Shown piece by piece: positions 36,266 through 42,042 of a DNA stretch of 42,042 nucleotides (position 1 is the first letter of the stretch; the number at the start of each line of letters is the position of its first letter). Origin of the DNA: a virus (taxonomy: Duplodnaviria > Caudoviricetes); IMG/VR virus record IMGVR_UViG_3300037470_000141, positions 1 through 42,042 of that record; one strand, 5' to 3'. The position numbers were made by a program, and so were the translations under genes. The notes beneath the pieces were generated by a model. That model was not told the origin of the DNA. It made no database searches and saw only the letters and a list, made by a program, of their open reading frames with translations.

Positions 36266-36524
36266 GATCCAGGTGTACGGTGCCTCGTTGCTAGCCCTCG
36301 GGATCTCGACGTCGGTGGGCGCGATCCAGACGCTGCTCACGCCCGACGAGACGTGGATCCCACTCGGGGTACTCGTCGGTATGCTCGGGCTGGCGATCGT
36401 CGTGACGGTCAAGGTGATGCGGCTACTGGCGCGGTTCGACGCCTTGTCGGAGGACGTCGTGGAGGTCGTGCAGCGACAGCGGCGGATCATGAACGAGCTC
36501 CACCTGAAGTTCAAGGAGGACTAG
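36258..36524 (+). CDS. Two-TM protein with coiled-coil tail, holin-like
   Basis: GGAGG RBS; two hydrophobic segments; charged C-terminus. Confidence 0.6.
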   Translation: MREIQVYGASLLALGISTSVGAIQTLLTPDETWIPLGVLVGMLGLAIVVTVKVMRLLARFDALSEDVVEVVQRQRRIMNELHLKFKED

Positions 36525-36818
36525 GTGAACACGACCCCAGTGGTGGTCGACATCCGGGCCGACGACGACGACGTCCACCCCCAGGCGGTCATCCGTGAGG
36601 AGACGGCGATCGAGGACGCGAACACCAAGCGGCTGCGCTTCCTCGGCGGTCTGGTGGGCATCATCCTCGCGTCGGCCGTGTGCGGGGTGGCGCTCTGGCG
36701 AGACAACACGCTGCTTGTCGCCGGCGCGTTCCTCGGCGTGCTCGTCGCGGGCAACGTGATCCCGTACTCGGTGGTGCGCGACATCATCGTGTTCCGATTC
36801 CGGGGCGGCGGTAGCTGA
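36525..36818 (+). CDS. Two-TM holin-like protein
   Basis: AGGAGG RBS; directly upstream of amidase. Confidence 0.6.
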   Translation: MNTTPVVVDIRADDDDVHPQAVIREETAIEDANTKRLRFLGGLVGIILASAVCGVALWRDNTLLVAGAFLGVLVAGNVIPYSVVRDIIVFRFRGGGS

Positions 36819-37303
36819 TGCCCTCGCCGAACCGCTCCGGGCGCGATGGCTGGCCGGTCCGCATGGTCGTGATCCACGGCGACGCGGGCAGGACCGACGC
36901 GGGCACGATCTCGTGGATCGAGTCGCCCGACTCGGGGGTCTCGTACCACTACCTCGTCGGCCGGGACGGGCAGGTTCACCAGTTCGTCGACGAGAACGAA
37001 AAGGCGTGGCACGCGGGCGTGTCCGAGTGGGCCGACTGCACGGTCGGCATATCGGTCAACCCCACGTCGATCGGCGTCGCGTTCGCCAACGACGGCACGG
37101 GCGACGAGCCGTACACGTCGGCTCAGTACGCGCAGGGCGCGAAGCTCGTCGGTGGGATCATCCGCCGGCATCGCATCCCGATCGACGCGGTCCGCGGCCA
37201 TCACGAGGTGAGTCCTGGGCGCAAGACCGACCCCTGGGAATTCTTCGATTGGCAGCGGTTCATCGCGGACGTGGCGCTGCACTCGCACGGGAGCGCCGGA
37301 TGA
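36818..37303 (+). CDS. Endolysin, N-acetylmuramoyl-L-alanine amidase (Amidase_2/AmpD-like)
   Basis: VVIH, SYHYLV..DG.V.QFV.E..KAWHAG, SIG, GHHEVSPGRKTDP. Confidence 0.93.
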   Translation: MPSPNRSGRDGWPVRMVVIHGDAGRTDAGTISWIESPDSGVSYHYLVGRDGQVHQFVDENEKAWHAGVSEWADCTVGISVNPTSIGVAFANDGTGDEPYTSAQYAQGAKLVGGIIRRHRIPIDAVRGHHEVSPGRKTDPWEFFDWQRFIADVALHSHGSAG

Positions 37304-37335
37304 CCCGTGCAGGGTATCTTTCTACGGGAGGCACG

Positions 37336-38334
37336 ATGAGACGACACATGCTGTGGGCGCTCGCCCTGGTGATGCTGGCGGCGCCAGTAGAGGCCCAGGT
37401 GACGGTAGACTCCGTGCGTGCCGAGGCGGTGCGCTCGCGGGCGTTCATCCGGGCAGCGGAGACGCAGCTCTCAAAGGTGCTCGCCCTGCTCGACAGCCTG
37501 ACGGTCGGGCCGGTCAGCGATCCCGAGGACCCCGCGCCGGATCCCATACCAGACCCGGATCCAGAGCCGACACCTGATCCGCCCCCGTCCGCGCTGCACC
37601 CGAACGAGCCCACGGGACTGACGGTCATCTACGACAACCCCGGCACGTGCCTGCTCAACCCGTCGACCGCAGTATGGAACACGAACGGCTACAACGGCGT
37701 CTCGCGCATCGTGGCCGATCCGGGCAATCCCACCGGCTCAGGTCAGGCAATCGAGGTCCAGCACCCGTCAGGACGTGGTGGTGGCGCCGCGAAGCTCGAA
37801 CGCTGGTCGGACCTCGGCTCGACCCACTGCGGTCAGGGCTACGCGGGTGGTGGACTCCGCGAGATGTACGTCTCGCATCGCAGGTTCTTCCCGGCGGGCC
37901 AGCCGGCATGCGACACGGGGATCTCCAACGGCTTCAAGTTCTTTTACTTCGGGATGCACCGGGACGCGAAGATTGGGTCCGGCGCGAACGAGATCTACAT
38001 GACCGGCTGCGTCAACGAGGGGCTCGTCAAGCAGCTCGGCGGTGGTGGCACCACCAATGACTATTTCTTCGACCTCCGCTACCCACCGTCGTCGGGTGAG
38101 ACGTGGCACCTGGAGATGTACCTGACTGCGGAGAGCGCGAACGGTCGGGGTGACGGCGAGGCACGGGTCTACGTGGACGGTTCACTCGTGCGGCACCTGA
38201 CAGGCGTCGCGTGGAGCGACCCGACCCGGCCGGGCGTGCTGTTCGACGGAATGGAGATGTATCACACGCAGTACCCGCTTCCGGCCGGTGCCCACCACTG
38301 GCTCGAGCGCGAGTGGTACGTGAGCGGCCGATGA
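37336..38334 (+). CDS. Secreted protein with polysaccharide-lyase/lectin-like beta-sandwich domain
   Basis: GGGAGG RBS; Sec signal MRRHMLWALALVMLAAPVEA|Q; Pro/Asp linker; WHLEMY...DG..RVYVDG. Confidence 0.7.
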   Translation: MRRHMLWALALVMLAAPVEAQVTVDSVRAEAVRSRAFIRAAETQLSKVLALLDSLTVGPVSDPEDPAPDPIPDPDPEPTPDPPPSALHPNEPTGLTVIYDNPGTCLLNPSTAVWNTNGYNGVSRIVADPGNPTGSGQAIEVQHPSGRGGGAAKLERWSDLGSTHCGQGYAGGGLREMYVSHRRFFPAGQPACDTGISNGFKFFYFGMHRDAKIGSGANEIYMTGCVNEGLVKQLGGGGTTNDYFFDLRYPPSSGETWHLEMYLTAESANGRGDGEARVYVDGSLVRHLTGVAWSDPTRPGVLFDGMEMYHTQYPLPAGAHHWLEREWYVSGR

Positions 38335-38582
38335 TGGACGCAGGATTCTGGTGGGGCGTCGGCGTCGGGATGGCCGCGGAGTTCGCGGGCCTCCTGCTAC
38401 TCGGCCGGGTGCTGCACGCGGGCCGCCTATCGTCGGTCACCGTTCACGAGCACGGACGGACGACCCGGCACACCGCTCGCCGTAGGCCCGAGCGCACGGC
38501 CGACGGCGTGCGCCGCAGCGGTGAGAACTCTATCGTGAGCACCGGCGAGAACGTCCACGCCGTGATCCGGAGGGAGATATGA
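38331..38582 (+). CDS. Small membrane protein
   Basis: ATGA overlap; N-terminal TM. Confidence 0.45.
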   Translation: MMDAGFWWGVGVGMAAEFAGLLLLGRVLHAGRLSSVTVHEHGRTTRHTARRRPERTADGVRRSGENSIVSTGENVHAVIRREI

Positions 38583-38833
38583 GCACCGAAATGTTACACG
38601 TGAACAAAGGCATGGTCGGTGAGCGGTTCACGTTCGAGAAGCACCCAGAGACCCTACCGGTCTGCTTCGATGACCACGTCGGGCTTGAGGTCACGTTCCG
38701 GGATCAGATGTTCGCGCGTGTCTTCTTCGCGGATTGCACGACCAAGCTCAACGGACAGGGACACGGTGGAATAGCTGCCGTCGAAGTGGTCGCGTGGCCG
38801 GCAGACCGGCCCGCCAATCACGTCGGTGGGTAA
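38579..38833 (+). CDS. Hypothetical protein
   Basis: GGAG RBS; coupled. Confidence 0.5.
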   Translation: MSTEMLHVNKGMVGERFTFEKHPETLPVCFDDHVGLEVTFRDQMFARVFFADCTTKLNGQGHGGIAAVEVVAWPADRPANHVGG

Positions 38834-39425
38834 CGCCGCGCGCGCCATGATCGTCCACCACGAGGCCCGCGTCATCTACCTGAGCCACCCACGCACCGCG
38901 TCGGTCGCGACAGAGAAGGCGCTACGTTCGATCGGCTTCCACTGGGCCGGCAAGGTCAGTCGCCACGCGCGGCTCGTCGACTCGGACTGGTGGCGCGCAC
39001 TCCCACCGACCGAGCGGGCGACGTACGAGGTCCTGACGACGGTACGGAATCCCTACGATGCGCTCGCGTCGTGGTGGCATCACCGCGACCTGGGCCACCC
39101 GAGGCTGTCCGTCGATTGGGTCCACGCGTTCCTGACGCACGACCCGAAGTATGTGCTGCATGGTCGCCTATGGGCGTTGCACGGGGACGACGCGACGACG
39201 GTCCTGCGCTTCGAGTCGATCGCCGATGACCTCGGATGTGCATTGGCGGCGGCGGGCCTCGACATGCCCGACTTCCCGCCGCTCAACCAGACGCAGCGTC
39301 GGGGGGTCCGGCCTTACCAGGACTTCTACGACGACGAGACACGCGAGTACGTCGCTTTCCGTCTCGCCGATGACTTGTCCCAGTACGGCTACGAGTGGGA
39401 GGGTAACGCCGCCCTGACGGCGTGA
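38826..39425 (+). CDS. Sulfotransferase family protein (Sulfotransfer_2-like; start may be 38847)
   Basis: YLSHPRTAS (5'-PSB-like), VRNPYDALASW (3'-PB-like), LRFESI, YQDFYDDET..V...DDL..YGY. Confidence 0.8.
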   Translation: MGNAARAMIVHHEARVIYLSHPRTASVATEKALRSIGFHWAGKVSRHARLVDSDWWRALPPTERATYEVLTTVRNPYDALASWWHHRDLGHPRLSVDWVHAFLTHDPKYVLHGRLWALHGDDATTVLRFESIADDLGCALAAAGLDMPDFPPLNQTQRRGVRPYQDFYDDETREYVAFRLADDLSQYGYEWEGNAALTA

Positions 39426-39455
39426 GCAGTTCATCATCACTACGGAGGTAGTACC

Positions 39456-40031
39456 ATGTTGATCCGCAGCAGAGAGACTCGTCAGGGTTTCCTCACGCGC
39501 TGGTTCCGCTCGCGCGGAGGGCTCTGGTTCCCCGGCCTCGACCTGTTCGTGCCGAAGCACAACAACGTGCTCGCGGTGCTCGGTCGAGCCGAGGGCAAGC
39601 ACCTGATCCCGGCCTCGAACATCGTCACCGACGCGGGCGACCTGCACTACGCCCAGCGCGCCGTTTCCGAGGCGCTGACCAACGCTTTCGGCGTTCACCT
39701 CGTGGCGACCGCGGGGACCCCAGGCAAGACGGCCACACTGGCCACCTTCACCGAAGTCGCGGCGTCCGAGAAGGCAACGGCAGGTGGCTATCCGGTCAGG
39801 AACGACACCGATGGTGACAACACGGGTGCGGGCGTCGACATCGTGACGCACCTGGTCAGCTACCTGACCACCGATTTCAACGCCACCGGCATCACTCACG
39901 GACTCGTCACCAACGCGACGCCGGGCACCACCGAGCCGCTGCTGACCGGCTACGCGTTCGCCGCGTCGTTCGACAAGACGGCCTCGGATACGCTCAAGGT
40001 GTTCGTGAACCACGAAATGAGTGGCCAGTAG
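39456..40031 (+). CDS. Putative virion structural protein
   Basis: GGAGG RBS; NIVTDAG...FDKTASDTLKV pattern of phage fibre/baseplate-type proteins. Confidence 0.6.
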   Translation: MLIRSRETRQGFLTRWFRSRGGLWFPGLDLFVPKHNNVLAVLGRAEGKHLIPASNIVTDAGDLHYAQRAVSEALTNAFGVHLVATAGTPGKTATLATFTEVAASEKATAGGYPVRNDTDGDNTGAGVDIVTHLVSYLTTDFNATGITHGLVTNATPGTTEPLLTGYAFAASFDKTASDTLKVFVNHEMSGQ

Positions 40032-40052
40032 TAGGGCGAGCGAGGTAGCGTA

Positions 40053-40904
40053 ATGACCCCGGCCGTCCTGGACGGACCCGGTGGCAAACGCACCATCGCC
40101 GGTAAGGCGATCGGTGGGGGTGGGGGGGGTGGTGCGCTGCACCCGAACGAGCCGAGCGGCATGACGCCGCTCTATAACAACCCGGGCACGTTCGACGAGC
40201 TCTACGGAACGACCGCCGATGACACTGACGGGTGGTTCGAGCAAGCGGAATATGCCGCTGCGGCGTCACTGGTATCAGACCCCGGAAACCCAACGGGCTC
40301 GGGGTCATCCACCAGGCTCAGCCACCAGAACGGTGACGGTGGCGGTGGCGCGAAGCTGCGTAGGTGGAGCGACCTGGGGTCTACCCTAGGCGGTCAGGGA
40401 TACGCGGGAGGCCCGCTCGACGTGCTCTACGTGTCCCACCGATACTACATCCCTCCTGGTGAGCCGAACGGGTGCGCCCAAGACTCGCACCCGTTCAAAG
40501 CGAATTACTACGGCGTGGAGGGCTCGGGTTTTCCGACTAACGCGGGTTTCAACAAAGTCTATTTCGTGCCCTGCACTGGCGAGTGGTCCGTGCAAATGCC
40601 GAACGCGCCGGGCACGCAATTTGGCTTCGTGACGATGGGGTATAGCGGAGTAGGTCCGGGGGAAGAATGGCATCTGGAGATAATGCTCGTTGCGGAGAGC
40701 GACACCGATGCCGCTGACGGTGAGATTCACATCTTCGTCAATGGCGACTTGGTCCCTGAAGGTGTAATCACGGGTATCGAGTTCAGTGAGGATGGCCAAA
40801 GCGGCTTCCGGTTCGACGGCATGAACATGTACCACGACCAAGGCCAGAACCCGACTGACGGGCACGTGTGGTGGCAACGCGAACTCTACATCAGCGGGAA
40901 ATAA
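40053..40904 (+). CDS. Non-secreted paralogue of the 37336-38334 domain with poly-Gly linker
   Basis: Shared blocks ALHPNEP, DPGNPTGSG, AKL.RWSDLGST, YVSHR, WHLE, FDGM.MYH.Q, RE.Y.SG. Confidence 0.8.
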   Translation: MTPAVLDGPGGKRTIAGKAIGGGGGGGALHPNEPSGMTPLYNNPGTFDELYGTTADDTDGWFEQAEYAAAASLVSDPGNPTGSGSSTRLSHQNGDGGGGAKLRRWSDLGSTLGGQGYAGGPLDVLYVSHRYYIPPGEPNGCAQDSHPFKANYYGVEGSGFPTNAGFNKVYFVPCTGEWSVQMPNAPGTQFGFVTMGYSGVGPGEEWHLEIMLVAESDTDAADGEIHIFVNGDLVPEGVITGIEFSEDGQSGFRFDGMNMYHDQGQNPTDGHVWWQRELYISGK

Positions 40905-40905
40905 G

Positions 40906-41685
40906 ATGGCCTTCACGACTGCCGAAGTGCTCATCAACGCCATCAAGAGTTTCGGTAACGCCGTGAATCAGGGTGACGGGACGACGTTCACCGAGCCGAC
41001 GGGCACCAACCGCTACACGGTCTTCGCCGTTCACTTCGGCTTTCATTCGAGCGCCTCGCCGCCATCTCGGACGAACACACCAATACCCGCGTCCTTCACG
41101 GTCGGCGGCCAGACGGTCAACGCGCTGCGGGAGTCGGGCAACGCCGCGAGCGAGGGCCAAAACGACACCTATGTGGGGATCTTCGCAGCCAACGAAGCCA
41201 TCATAGCGGCGATGACGTTCACGGCGGGCGAGGCGAACTGGTCTATCCAGTTCTTCGCAGCCGACGGGACGACCCCGCTTTCTAACGATTTACGCTCCCG
41301 CATCGTGGCGATCAACTACGACGACTTCGACCAGACGGCGGGCGTCGTGGCCTCGGGCGTTTCCACCGATACCGACGTTGCCCAGGATATCACGCTCCCG
41401 ACGGAACCCAATGACATCGTGATCGCGGCCGGCTCTACGCGCGCCACCTCGACGATCTCCACTGCGGACACGTCCCGTAGTGCGGGGGCGCAAGGTACGG
41501 GCGCTCAGGATGTCGAGGGGTTGGTGTCCGAAAAGGTCGCCACGACCACCTCCACGGTCATCACACAGACGTTCGGCTCGGGTGTGATCTCGGCCATGGT
41601 CGCGCTCGCGCTCCGGCCCGCAGCCGCTGGTGGCGGTGCCGGTTCCGTGACCCGCAAGATCGTGGCCGTCGTGGGGGCGCCGTGA
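40906..41685 (+). CDS. Putative virion structural protein (Thr/Ala/Gly-rich)
   Basis: Beta-rich composition; ends ALALRPAAAGGG. Confidence 0.6.
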   Translation: MAFTTAEVLINAIKSFGNAVNQGDGTTFTEPTGTNRYTVFAVHFGFHSSASPPSRTNTPIPASFTVGGQTVNALRESGNAASEGQNDTYVGIFAANEAIIAAMTFTAGEANWSIQFFAADGTTPLSNDLRSRIVAINYDDFDQTAGVVASGVSTDTDVAQDITLPTEPNDIVIAAGSTRATSTISTADTSRSAGAQGTGAQDVEGLVSEKVATTTSTVITQTFGSGVISAMVALALRPAAAGGGAGSVTRKIVAVVGAP

Positions 41686-41930
41686 CCGAGTGGGAGGTTC
41701 TCCTAGCCGACGGGACGACGCGCGACTCGTCAGAGCACACGTGGGACGATGTGCCTGACGGCGTGCTCGTCGTCTGGTACTGGGGGCCGCGAGGCAGGGG
41801 TGTGAATTGGGGCGATGGGCTGTACGGGCACCCGGAGACGCTCAGGCACGCGGGCTACGTGGGTGACGAGGCGTGGGCCGAGATCGAAGCCACACTCGGC
41901 ACGCTACGCCTGCCGCCGTCCGAGAGGTAG
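41682..41930 (+). CDS. Hypothetical protein
   Basis: GTGA-coupled; W....ADG...DS....WDDVP.GV. Confidence 0.6.
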   Translation: MTEWEVLLADGTTRDSSEHTWDDVPDGVLVVWYWGPRGRGVNWGDGLYGHPETLRHAGYVGDEAWAEIEATLGTLRLPPSER

Positions 41931-41933
41931 CCC

Positions 41934-42042
41934 GTGGCCGTCACGACCCTTCGCCCCTCCGCGGACGGGACGGTCACGGGCTGGTCCGTCACGGGCGGTG
42001 CGGGCTCGCACGCATCCGCGATCGTCGACGACCCCGACACCA
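41934..42042 (+). CDS. Putative virion protein, 3'-truncated (MAVTTLRPSADGTVTGWSVTGG...)
   Basis: GAGG RBS; open to the window end. Confidence 0.55.
   Translation, partial: MAVTTLRPSADGTVTGWSVTGGAGSHASAIVDDPDT

Larger units (their letters stand above)
1..42042 (+). mobile_element. Temperate tailed phage (siphovirus-like) genome segment, excised/attP configuration
   Basis: Integrase, intact attP with phage genes on both sides, replication, packaging, head, non-contractile tail (no sheath seen) and lysis genes in canonical order; no host housekeeping genes. Confidence 0.95.

Noticed and set aside
37530-37590. Tandem DNA repeat
   Set aside because: Simply encodes a Pro/Asp-rich linker with varied codons
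37591-40904. Diversity-generating retroelement (TR/VR) explaining the paralogous pair
   Set aside because: No reverse transcriptase in the window; differences include indels and are not adenine-specific

Overview
A GC-rich tailed dsDNA phage, most likely a temperate siphovirus, in its excised (attP-containing) form. Nearly all genes lie on the + strand and are coupled by overlapping stop/start codons. Gene order: early/accessory genes (SSB-like, HNH, J-domain-like, RusA-like, DNA methyltransferase); tyrosine integrase and an attP made of the 3' half of a tRNA-Lys(UUU) flanked by 22-bp arm repeats; HNH; mosaic accessory genes; replication initiator with iterons and DnaB-like helicase; late promoter/terminator; terminase, portal, MuF-like, scaffold and major capsid; neck; tail tube, frameshifted chaperone, tape measure and multi-domain tail proteins; one reverse-strand lipoprotein; a membrane-protein-rich lysis region with an amidase; then a second block of virion/secreted proteins and a sulfotransferase. 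The most unusual items are: (i) a small 'CPPxxxxxC' protein plus a multi-TM protein inside the lysis cassette, resembling a signal/receptor pair; (ii) a bistable structured RNA after int; (iii) a ~180-nt structured capsid leader with three GCGAY-loop hairpins; (iv) secreted and non-secreted paralogues of one lyase-like domain; (v) a Tat-signal gene bracketed by an exact 16-bp direct repeat. All family calls come from motif recognition by eye, without database searches. The host is unknown; Gemmatimonadota is a tentative guess.
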